Shown here in pieces: positions 25,909 to 37,227 of a DNA stretch of 64,000 nucleotides. The DNA is from Azolla caroliniana (taxonomy: Eukaryota; Plantae; Polypodiophyta). The DNA lies in contig JBHGNT010000003.1 in the NCBI GenBank assembly GCA_043228905.1, forward strand, positions 24,552,001 to 24,616,000, given 5' to 3'. The notes below the pieces were generated by a model. It did not search any database. It was not told the DNA's origin and saw only the letters and a list, made by a program, of their open reading frames with translations. Position numbers and translations under genes: made by a program. Each line of letters begins with the position of its first letter. Position 1 is the stretch's first letter.

Positions 25909-28409
25909 TTTAATCACACTATTATCTCCTACTCCTTCTCTTTCTTCTATATATCTTCAATGGGTCTTGATATAAATACTACTAAAAGTTTTACTTCACT
26001 TGGAAGTATCCTCAATGGGTCTTGATATATATACATACATACATTGCTAAAAGGCTTTAACTTTATTCTACATTCAATTTGGTTAACCTTTGTTGTCTTT
26101 GTTGTTTGTTTGCGTCTCTATCACAATTTATCTCTCATAGAGTGTTTTCTTCTCTCCCACGTGTCGCAAGATATCCCTAACCTCTCTTCCAAAGATATGG
26201 AACAAGGGGCCTTTTCTTTCTCTGAAATTTTTTCTCTCTTCCAATATAACTCTAGCCCACCTATGTGATAGGCTATGATAGTTGAGAAACCGTGCATTTG
26301 ATGCACTATTTGGAACCTTTTTATTGTGCTCACAAGACCATATCATTCCTTTATTGCATAGTTAAAAAGGTATATGTTTCTTTTTCCAAAAAACATATTG
26401 ATTAATAACTCTAACGTGTAGAAATTGTGTATATGTTTGCATAGAAGTACAAAAACAAAGGAGAGTGATAGATATGTAAAAATTTTCGTTCTTGGAGGTG
26501 AAATATGAACCATGTGACAAATTGAAACATTTTCATTTAGTGTCTATGGAGTTGATAATCACGGTTCAAGATGAAGATTGTGATAGAGATGTGTGTGTGT
26601 GTGTCATCATCAAGGGGAAGGGGATGGTTCATCTGGTAGTTTGGCACAACTCATGTACTGAATTTTACAAAATAGGAAAAAATGCTTATGTACCATTTTT
26701 GTTGTACAATCATTCTACACCAAAAGTTTAGCTTGTATAATTATTAACTTCATATACCTCGGTACACATGCATTGCAATTTTCACCCTATACTTCATATT
26801 TGACTTTTGAAAGTAATAATAAAATCTATTTGTGAAACCATAGCCAACCAAATTGTGCCTTGACAAAGTAATTCACATGCAAATGAGCCTTCTTTAAATG
26901 TTCTAATTGGCTCGCATAGGCTAATTATGATCATGTATATACATACACACGCACCAAAATCATTTTAGCTGTAAAGCGTAGGAAATAGAATATCATATAA
27001 ATGCTAGCACAATGTCATATATGTGGTTTCCTTAATCTATATGTCAAAATGTTGAGTAAATTATCGATTATACTTTGTAGCCAATTCGTTAGAGATATAA
27101 AATACCTTTTTAATGCAACCTAAGTTTCTGTCACACTCACATTTTCCCTCTAAAGTTTTTTGGAAAAAAGACCTCAAGGTTCTTTTTATGGTGCTCACTT
27201 CTAACTAGAATTCCATGGCTATTAGCCTATTAATTATTACAATATAAATGAATCTAAATATATGGATATTTTTGCTTGTTTATCGATACACTTTATCTTT
27301 TTCCTAGTAATGTCTTTGTTAGTCAGAGCACATATTTCTCTACTAGTTACCATCACCAATGTAATGTATAGGGTTGTTCAATGTAGCTCTCATTCACATC
27401 CATATTCTCTTTAATCAATGGGAATGTTACCATCAATTTGTTAATATGGAGAGGTAGTCTTTAATACCCATGACTCGTTATTTTCTTATATTGATGTCGA
27501 TCGTCCCTTGATTTCCTATAATTAGGGGTATTTTTTCCTCATTTAATAAACAATATGGAATTGTTTATTAAACTAATGAAAAAGTATACAGTAGTTCAAC
27601 ATAGGTTTTAATCCACATGATATTCTTTTTGGTCCATGGTGTTGTCATCTTCAATTAGCTAATAATTGGGAGGTAGTCTTTAATATGCCCCTATTCCACA
27701 CGATAGTTTTGAATCTTGAATTCATACTCTTGTTGCTCACGCAAATCAGTTCAAATTGCAAATCATAATTCAATAGTTTTTTACTTATCTAAATATCATA
27801 TTTTAGTTTGAAATTTTATCACAATACTTGATTATGTTTCTCATGTCGACTTCCCTTCCCATACTATTGTGATGAATTCATTACTTTTGGGTAGGTCTTT
27901 TTAAGATAAAAGTCTAGGAGTAGTGCTATATTCATGTTGACAAAACACAATTGAGATCTTCAACTTATTCTACACCATAATGATACAAGGATTTCAACAA
28001 ATTTTTTAAGTATCATTTTCCATTGATAAGTCCTTCACAACTAAGTAGTTATCATCCTAGTATCATTTCAATGCAATTTCATTGATCGCATTGGTAATAT
28101 TTTGTAATCTAATATCCGTATGTTTCATTTGTAATCATTAAAGCTGTGTATTCCATAAGTGTTCCATGAAAATAGTAGAAAGATTATTTTTTCTCACAAA
28201 GTATATAAATACTATCTCAATTTTCAAACAATGTAATGAGTTAAATTTCAAGGCTCATCCTAATCAAATGATTTGCTAGATACTATTAGAAACAAGGAGG
28301 TTTCCCAATTAATTTTATGCTTTTGGTTGGTTTCAAAAAATTATAAAATGATATTAGATTGGGATATCACTTGTTTTTTTTTATCCAAAAAGAACTACTT
28401 TCCCATTAA

Positions 28410-28980
28410 TTAGGAGAGATTTTTATAGAAAGACTATACAAGAAAACGGGGAATCACCCCCCGACCGAGTTCAAGAAGAGATATGGATGATGGTGGCTTG
28501 TTTATTGGTCTAGCACATTTGGACCAGGCGTTGTAAGTTTGTTTTTCAACAGCAAAAGATCCCTAGCGGTGAGGTGTTGTTAAATATCTAGTTCGAGTTG
28601 GTATCTTGGCTGCGGGGACGGTACGACTCGATTCAGGGGGAATCTGATGCAACAAAAAGAGCTAGGTCAAAGTTCTTGCTGAAATGGGGTAGTTCTCCTA
28701 TGGTGGGCAGATCATCATCAGGACCTGAATGGAACTACCAAGCACCTCGATGGTTGTTTCCCCCAATGACTTCAGTTCCCAAGTGCGGTAACTATGTATA
28801 TACAAATTACTAGGTTATAGGAGTTGTGGATACTTTTGTTGTAAATGAGGTGGGGCCTATGTCCACTTTGGTGAGAAGGCCAGAGTGAGGGTTGCTGAAT
28901 TTTTGGTGGTCTACGATGTAATTGTTTGCTAACTAATGCGAAGTAGTGTTTTTTTGGAAAAAAGAAAAAAAGAAAAAGAG
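28410..28980 (+). mobile_element. 5'-truncated L1-type LINE 3' end
   Basis: Translates HIWTRRCKFVF..LVSWLRGRYDSIQGESDATKRARSKFLLKWGSSP..WNYQAPRWLFPP, then a UTR and A-rich tail; same family as 14486-14830. Confidence 0.75.
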
Positions 28981-30352
28981 ATTGCGTACATATCCTCTCT
29001 AACTTTCTACTTAATGTAAGTAGATATCTAATACTATAAACTAGTGACAATCATTGTTGGCCAACATGAGGCCAATCACTTGTTACTTACAACTATCATA
29101 CTATTCATGCTCATTGCATCTAGAGTTTCTTTATGATATTCTTTGTTTACGTGCGTTAAGTTCTCAAATGATGTACTTTCAAACTAGCCACTACAAGTTT
29201 GTGATGATAATATGTAGTTTCAAACGGAAAAGGAGTCACTAGTTGTACAAAAAAGTAAGAGTAGGTCTTCTTTTATTTGTTTTATATAGGTAATCTTCTA
29301 CCTCTATCCTCAAGCCCATCCTTGAACACTTGTTGGATAATGAAAGTTATCATAAACCAATAATATAATCCCATTAGCCTTGTATGAACCATCTCATCAT
29401 ATGGTATAAACTTAGGTTGTCATGTGATACACCTTAGCATGAGAGAATGCATCCTCATACAAAATCCTATGGTTGTAACATAAGAGGATAATATATATCA
29501 TTTCATGATGGAAAGAGAGGGTAGTTCAATCATCCCTATAATTATATGATTGTCAAAAATGTAGACAAGATTCACCTCCCAACCTTAATCTTTATATAGC
29601 ACATTGTGCTTGTCTAACATAATAGTTCTTGCTTTATTGGGTTGTTATCTATAGTGCTATTTGCAGTAGTAGGGCCAGACTTGATGGTTCTCGATGGGTT
29701 ACATAAACCACTCCTACTAATCTACCATTACTGTTGGTGTCATTACATTGCCCTTTTATGGAATCCATATTTGAAAATGAATTATGAGTAATACTATTGT
29801 AAAATGGTACTTATTTTACCATGATTGACCATAAGATGTAAGCACGATAGATAATAAAATTACATGTTCTCTAGTCAAAGTTTTTAGACTATATGAGGTG
29901 TTGCGTATTCAATGACATTACCAAACATTGTGATCAACCATATCAAGTTGATTTTGTTAACATTTGTGATAACACATAGCACAAGGTATACTTGTGAATT
30001 ACCTGGTAGTTTTAGCTCATTGACAACCCTTGCCATTTCATGTAGGACCAAAATGGTCTAAACGAATTTGGCTTTTCCGTTTGTGAGAATCGAACTCAAC
30101 TTCCCTAGTGTGGGAACACACCTTAGGAATAGCCACCCCACTACTTTGTATCATACTAATGTGTCATAAAAGTTAGTCCTATGACACATAGTTAGTAGGT
30201 CGTTAAGTCTCCACCTCTTTCCCAAGAGGTGGTTGTAGTGAGAGAATATAGAGAGAAGGCGACGACATAAACACCTCCTCTTCTTTGTAATTGTTGGTTC
30301 CGCTTTTTTTTCTTGTTAATATACAATTTTCTAGTTCTCTATATACAAGGTG

Positions 30353-30383
<31 letters not shown>

Positions 30384-33300
30384 CTCTTCCGTTGCACAAA
30401 ATAACACTTGATTCTTTACATGGTATTAGAGTGATTTTGTAGCTTGATCAAAGCCCATCCGCGTGTGTTGTGCTTACGCCGACGTTCACGAAGAACCGGT
30501 TGATCGCTGTAGTAGCAACCCTGCACATTTCGTATCACAATGAAGAAGAAGAAGACAACTTGTTTCAACCAAGCCGACCATCATGAACACTCATATGGGT
30601 AGCTCTCTTCCTAGTGAAAAGTTGGACAGAAACAACTTTACATCTTAGGAATACAAGATTCACCAATACCTTGTCGGCCAAGGCTATTGGAGTTATATTG
30701 AAGGAGCACAAGAATCTTAACCCAACCCAATACACACCCGACTACCCAACTTGTGAGCAAATGGCAAGCCATGTGTTGTATTGCCTTGCATCATGTGTTC
30801 ATGATCATATGCTCATCTATATCTGAGAGGCCAAGATGCCCAAGGAGGCATGGGGGAGCCTCAAAAAGATCTTTGCGGCCAACATGACTGTACGAAAACT
30901 TCAACTCCGCCAAGAGTTGAATGATATTCAACAAAGGGACATGTTGATCGTGAGATACACCTTGAAGATCAAGGAGCTCAGTGACTCCCTTGGCTCGATC
31001 AATGTCAACATTGACGACGACGAGATGGTGCAAATATGTCTCGGAGGCCTAGGACCCCATTTCAGTGCAATCAGGACGAGCGTCCTCGAATGGGAGAATC
31101 CTCCCTCCTTCGATCTCCAATTGATGTTGTTGGTCGAAGAAAACCACTTCCGAACAAAGATCAATACATCGGAAGGACATATGCTCTATTCGAGTTCGGA
31201 CGGAGGAAGAGGGCGCGACCATGGAAGAAGGATCCAATATGGCCAAGGCTAAAACAACCAAAGGTAGTCCCATGAGCACAACTTCGGTTGGGAGAATAGG
31301 TCCCTCTGAATGGGATATGCAGGAAGCTGGATAATACAGAAGACACCCAAAAATTGGATCCGGATAGGGTTCCGAATCAACCGGAAGGCATCCGGAAATT
31401 GGATCCAGATAGTGTTCTAGATCAGCCAAAAGGCATCTGCAAACGATTGTGGCATGGTCACATAGAGGCCCTATTTGTAAATAGCCAACCTCAATGACAA
31501 CAGAAGAATGTTGTTCACTGGACGAAATAGCCAGGTCGACCATTTGTATGCATCTGGCCGAAAACGTCTATTTCAACATGGCCAAGGGGACGACAACGTT
31601 CTCTTTGTGGGAAAGTTACAGGCAATGTACGAAAAGAAGTCCTCCTCTTCAAAGTTGATAATAATCTGACAATTCAACATGAAGATGAGAGAGACAGTCC
31701 CGACAACATCCCACATCAACACCTTCAGTTGGGTGTTATCTGAACACTCCTCCCAAGGGATCAACATCGAAGAAAAAGTGAAATCCCTTGCCCTCCTACC
31801 AAGCTTGTTGGCTAGTTGGGAGGTATTCTGCGCAACATTTGCCAACAATTGTCCAAATATCAATTTGGACAAGGCAATCGAACAAGTCCTCATTGAGGAT
31901 ATTAGGCAAAAATCGATGGGACTCACAATCGACGAGTTAGCAGAAACCCACCACTTGACCGAGCCGATCAACTGATTCAGTCGATCGAGAGAACAAGCAA
32001 ACAAAACCAATCGGAATACCAATCGGTCAAAAACGAGGGGTCCCACATTCGCGTTCACAAGTGGAAGGATCGCGCATAAATGGAAGGATAAGGGAAATTT
32101 TGGTTGATTTTAGGGCTTTTTCAATGATTTTACAAAACACATTGATACCAGTATCATACATGTTCAAACATACTATGAAAAAGGTTAAAAATCCACTATT
32201 TTCGTGATTTAGAAGTAACTAAAAAAAGACGAATTTCAAAATGATACATTCTCAATTTATATCACAAACTTTACAACCAATGTTATTTTATAAGAAACGA
32301 TTTTTTAGAAATCATAAGAATTCAAAACACATGCTTTTATATTACTCGATTTGTTACAAGCGGAATGTAGTTACACTTAATAACCAAATATACATTCATG
32401 ATCACTCCTTTACGGAGAATCACTACTATAACTAATATACAATGACGATTCCTCCTCATCATCCTCGGATGTACCAATCGGTGCATTATCTTCGTCATAA
32501 ACCAAATGGTTTGACTCTAGATTATATGTAGCAGTTCTCATTTGCCTTTGACTCGAGCCACCTTGTAGACCTAGTAAATTTTCTTTTATTATATCTATTG
32601 TTGACTTCCTTAATCATCTGGCTTTTGTAAGTGTGAAGTCGTACACGATGATATCCACATCAGAGATATCAAGGGTCGAGGTGTTACGAATGTTTCGCTT
32701 CCTTTCCTACCTCCCCTTCTTGTTGGGCATTCAATCATCTCCAATGTATACTTACCTGTAAAAGCATTTGCACTTCTAGTGTTGTACCAATGAACATTTA
32801 TAGACTTGATCATGTTTTCTATTTCATGCATTAGCACTTCTAGAATTTTACCAACCCAAAATTGGTGGCCATGTGAGTTCTCATCAGTCGGCGTTGCAAT
32901 CAACATCCCCGCTGTCGGGGTTGCTACGCCCTTGCGTTGTCGGGGTTGCTACGCCCTTGCGTGTAGAAAGGAGGAGGGACCACGGGGGTCTCGAACCGAA
33001 GAGCAAGAGAGAGAGGAGTAAGAGAGAGAGACCCGATTACACAGAACCGAAGATCCGATTGCGCAGAACCGACGATTGCACAGGGACACGGCCCAACAAA
33101 CAGAGATCACAAATAAACGCCGACGCAGATGGACGCAACAACGAGAGATATGTGCTTATGAATGCAAGAAAATAACAGACTAAAGTGTTACAACCCACGG
33201 TGGGGCACAAAAAAAAAAGATACTAACGAAAACGAACAGGGCGGCGAACAGCTGCCGACCCCTGTATGTCGCGACGCACAAAAGGGAAAACAGGTCGGAG

Positions 33301-33729
33301 GTGCTGCAGGACGCACTCGGGGCGTTCCACGGAACAGCGCAAGCCTCCTCGAAACCTGCACAGGTACGCGATGGAGCAGAAGACAGAGAGAGCAGGAGTG
33401 AGAGAGAAGCTCCGAAATCGGTTCGGCAGCACTTCGTCCTCTCCGCGGGAGATACCCCACTTCTATTCTTCCTCTTCCTTTTATAGCCCGTCAAGAGGCC
33501 GTTTGGCATTAACTGCATACCAACCGAATCTACCCACCTAGGATCCTCGTATGTACCTACTTCGTCCTTAGGTACTTCTTGGCGCGCGTGTGTGTGTAGA
33601 GCCGTTTCCCACGCCTTGTTCCTCCGATTCCTCTTGTGGGCGGTTTTCTTCACGACATCCGCCCCCACCTAACCGCGCATCCACCGGCATGCGCCAAATT
33701 AAGTTGGCACGGAGAAAACCGGCCCGCCT

Positions 33730-36700
33730 TTACTCTTCGCCTGCCGGCCCTTCCTCGGCCTCGGATCGGTCGTCGCTGCTGTCCAGGAGAATCGGGTCGG
33801 GTTCGTCGTCGTGCCGCTTCTTGAAAGCTTTGATCCTCTTCCCGGCCACGGGTATCGCTATTCTCGTACCGTCGAGTTCCGCCAGATGATACGTCCCGTT
33901 GTCGTTGGCGCTCTGTACCGTGTACGGCCCGAACCATCTCCGTGCGAACTTCCTTGTTGCTCGGTGCTGGTTGTCGAGGCTGCTGTCGTAGACGAGCACC
34001 CAGTCACCTTCGTCGATTTTCTTCGGTCGTAGCCGGTGCGTTCGGTCGAACCGGGCTTTGTTCTTTGTCCTCGCCACCCGGAGCTTCTCCGTAGCCAGTG
34101 CCACGTCCTCCGGTCTCCGCTCGAGCTGTCGTATACGTGCGGCCAACAACTCCTCCCGGCTCATCTCGTCCCTCCAGTCGACCGTTGCCCACGAGGAGAT
34201 CGTCCGTTCTATCGGCATGATCGGCTTCTGGCCGAACATGAGCTCCGTCGGCGTGTACCCGGTTACCGAACTGTGCGTGGTCCGGTCTGCCCACAAAGCA
34301 TAAGGTAGAAGTCGCGGCCAGTTACCGACTTGGCCTCCGCATGCCCGAACCAGCGCCTTAACGATCGGCCCGTGTCCGCGCTCCACCTTTCCATTCGCCT
34401 CCGGGTTGTACGCAGTGGTGAGCGAGAGTTTGACTCCCAGCCGATCGAACAGCTCCGCGGCTTCCTCGGCGTCCAACTCCCCTCGGTCAGCCACGATCTT
34501 CCCGACGCACCCGTACCGGCATATCACGTCCTCGATCAGGAACCGACACACGGCCGCAGTCGTCTTGTTCTGAAGGGCTCGGCCTTCCACCTGGTTCGTC
34601 AGGTCTTCCCGCGCTAGGACCAGATACCGCATCTGGCCTACCCCCATCGGCATCGTCACCAGATCTACCATCCATTTGAAGTGGATAGTCGGGGGGTACG
34701 TAGGGTGAAGCCCGTCCCGGTGTCGGACTATCGAGTGCATCTGACAACTCTCGCAAGATGACACGAACCGATGCACGTCCCGGTACAATCCCGGCCACCA
34801 GTACTTCCCCTTCAGCTTCTCAAACGTCGCCCACGTTCCACGGTGTCCAGCCCAAGGGCTGTCGTGGTAGGCCGCCAGTAGCTCCTCCTGTTCTTCCTTC
34901 ATCGCCACTACCCGGAGCGGGACGCCGTTCCTCTTCTTCGGGTGCTTCCACAAATGCCCATCTCGGAGAAGGAATCGATATGCTTTCTTCCGGATCCGGC
35001 TGGCCTCGTCCTTCGTCCATGACGCATCGGGCGTCATTGTCTTCAAAAACCCGCCGATCTGCAGCCACTCCCCGTCGTACTTGCTCGCGTCGAACTCGTT
35101 AAGCGCCGGAGTGCTCGTCCCGTCGGTCGTTATGTATGCCGCCTCGAAGAAATCCACGCCGACTTCTTCGTCTTCCGAAACCATGCCGCCCTCGTCGTCG
35201 AACCTCGCCCTCGAAAGCATGTCGGCCATGGCGTTGTCTTTCCCGGAAATGTGTCGTATTTCCGGGTCCAGGGACTTGATGTACGCTATCCACCTGAGCA
35301 TCGCCAGGTCCGGAGTCGCGCATCCGGAAACCATACCGAGAATCGGCAGGCAATCCGTCTCGATGATCACTTCTGTCCCTATCAGGTAGTCTTTGTCGGC
35401 CTTAACCGCCGAAACAATACCCCAGAGTTCGCGTTTAACCTGGGCGTATCCTCGCTGCCGTTCACTGAGGACTTTCGCGCCGAATCGGATCGGAAACCGA
35501 TTACCGTCCTCGTCTTCCTGGTTCACGACCCATCCGATCCCGGTCGGACTGGTATCCACCGTTATGAATACCGGGGTACCCTTCCCGTATACCGCCTTCC
35601 GGAGTGCCGGTGCCGCTGCAAGGGCCTCTTTCAGCTTCCGGACCGATTCCGCGTGCTCGTCTAGCCATTCGAACCTTCGCCCCTTTTTCAGCAACCCGTA
35701 CAGTGGCTCCGCAACGTGTGCGTAATGAGGGATCCATATATGGTAGAACGCGCATGCCCCCAGGAATCTCCGTACTTCCGTGACCGAGCTGCAGTCGGGC
35801 TTCATCGCGGAGATGGCTTCTACCTTTGCCGGAGACGGTTTCCGGCCATATGGTCCGCACAGGTGTCCGACCACCATGATTTCTGACTGCCCGAAGGCCG
35901 ACTTCTCCCCGGAGAAGGTGAGTCTCGCATCCTCTAGCCTTTGCAGCACCTTCTCGCAGTCGTCGATGTGCGTCGCCACGAATCGCCGGCATCCGTCCGG
36001 CCCGATCGTCTCGTCCTTTTCTTCCACCGGGCATCCCTTGATCGGGATGTCGTCCAGAAACGGCATGGTGATGTCCGGGATACAGCCCCTCAGAACCTTG
36101 TTCATCGCATTCACCATGTGGGCCACCGAGTTGGTCCCTCCTTGCGGCAGTGTACACATCCGAACTAGGCCGAGGGGAGTTCGCATCGTCGTAATGTCTC
36201 TGCTCTCCACGGCTAGCTGGAACTGGTCGTACCCTGAGTATAGATCCCCGACCGAGTAAATTGACCTTCCGGCGAAGGCCTCCGCGAACTCGTCTATGGT
36301 CGGTCCGATCCCTGCGTTCCGAATGGTCACTCGATTGACCGGCTGCAGGTCCTGGATGAAGCGCAACGAACCGTTTTTCTTCGGTACGGTAAACCATCGA
36401 TTCGAATATGGGGCGCTCGACGGCTCGAGAATTCCCATATCAACTTTCTGCCTCAGCAGCTCCATCAACTTCGGGATGTGAGCTCTCGGAACCGGGATTG
36501 GCTTGAGATTCCATGGTACATGCGGTACCGTGAATATCACCATCGGCTCCACGATCGTCGGGTCAACGCACCCGATTTCCTCCGGCGAGAATGCGAAGGC
36601 TTTCCCGTGCCTTCCGAGCATTCTCCGAAACCGGTCTTCCTCCGCCGGCAGTAGGAACCCGCCCCCACCGATTTTGAGCTCTCGGAGCGTCTCGTCAGTG

Positions 36701-37227
36701 AAGGTGTGCCCTATGCAGGCCGGATCTCGTAGACTAGGGTCCGATGCAACCCCTTTGATTCTCGACGCGCTGTCCTCCGGTAAGGGTGCCGCTACTGGCC
36801 TTACCTTCCGGTCCACAGTCTTGTACTTGGTGTTTACGTGGGCCGTCCGAACTGACTCGAGCCCTCGACCGAAGTCCGCGATGACTTCGTACATCTCCTC
36901 GGAACACACCGGTATCGTCCGGTCTTCGTTAAGGCCTTCTTCGACTACCTTTCCCAGCATTCCCAAGGTGTCGTCGAATGAGACCGCCTCCACGGCTCCG
37001 TTGATTTCCTCGTCCGGGCCGAGAACTCCGCACGCTCGAAGTCTCCCCTCCGCCTTTGTCTTCTCTCGGCCGCCGATGCCGACTATCGTACACGCTCCGC
37101 TGTCGGAGAACAAAAATTCCCTACCTATGGTACAAGGTTTCTTCGGTTTTATCGTACAGGTGTGGGGTTTCCCCGGGGTGTCCGGACTGTCGCGGCCCCA
37201 CGCCTTGGCAGCCCTCTCTAAAAATCC
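33730..37227 (-). CDS. pol: RT-RNase H-integrase ORF of Gypsy-A, probably entered by -1 frameshift
   Basis: RT motifs LPQGGTNS and FLDD; RNase H DTS, ETDC and NAMADMLSR; integrase HHCC, DD(35)E and GPY. The frame stays open upstream of the TTG at 37113 up to the gag stop. No chromodomain. Confidence 0.9.
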   Translation of the reverse strand, partial: GFLERAAKAWGRDSPDTPGKPHTCTIKPKKPCTIGREFLFSDSGACTIVGIGGREKTKAEGRLRACGVLGPDEEINGAVEAVSFDDTLGMLGKVVEEGLNEDRTIPVCSEEMYEVIADFGRGLESVRTAHVNTKYKTVDRKVRPVAAPLPEDSASRIKGVASDPSLRDPACIGHTFTDETLRELKIGGGGFLLPAEEDRFRRMLGRHGKAFAFSPEEIGCVDPTIVEPMVIFTVPHVPWNLKPIPVPRAHIPKLMELLRQKVDMGILEPSSAPYSNRWFTVPKKNGSLRFIQDLQPVNRVTIRNAGIGPTIDEFAEAFAGRSIYSVGDLYSGYDQFQLAVESRDITTMRTPLGLVRMCTLPQGGTNSVAHMVNAMNKVLRGCIPDITMPFLDDIPIKGCPVEEKDETIGPDGCRRFVATHIDDCEKVLQRLEDARLTFSGEKSAFGQSEIMVVGHLCGPYGRKPSPAKVEAISAMKPDCSSVTEVRRFLGACAFYHIWIPHYAHVAEPLYGLLKKGRRFEWLDEHAESVRKLKEALAAAPALRKAVYGKGTPVFITVDTSPTGIGWVVNQEDEDGNRFPIRFGAKVLSERQRGYAQVKRELWGIVSAVKADKDYLIGTEVIIETDCLPILGMVSGCATPDLAMLRWIAYIKSLDPEIRHISGKDNAMADMLSRARFDDEGGMVSEDEEVGVDFFEAAYITTDGTSTPALNEFDASKYDGEWLQIGGFLKTMTPDASWTKDEASRIRKKAYRFLLRDGHLWKHPKKRNGVPLRVVAMKEEQEELLAAYHDSPWAGHRGTWATFEKLKGKYWWPGLYRDVHRFVSSCESCQMHSIVRHRDGLHPTYPPTIHFKWMVDLVTMPMGVGQMRYLVLAREDLTNQVEGRALQNKTTAAVCRFLIEDVICRYGCVGKIVADRGELDAEEAAELFDRLGVKLSLTTAYNPEANGKVERGHGPIVKALVRACGGQVGNWPRLLPYALWADRTTHSSVTGYTPTELMFGQKPIMPIERTISSWATVDWRDEMSREELLAARIRQLERRPEDVALATEKLRVARTKNKARFDRTHRLRPKKIDEGDWVLVYDSSLDNQHRATRKFARRWFGPYTVQSANDNGTYHLAELDGTRIAIPVAGKRIKAFKKRHDDEPDPILLDSSDDRSEAEEGPAGEE

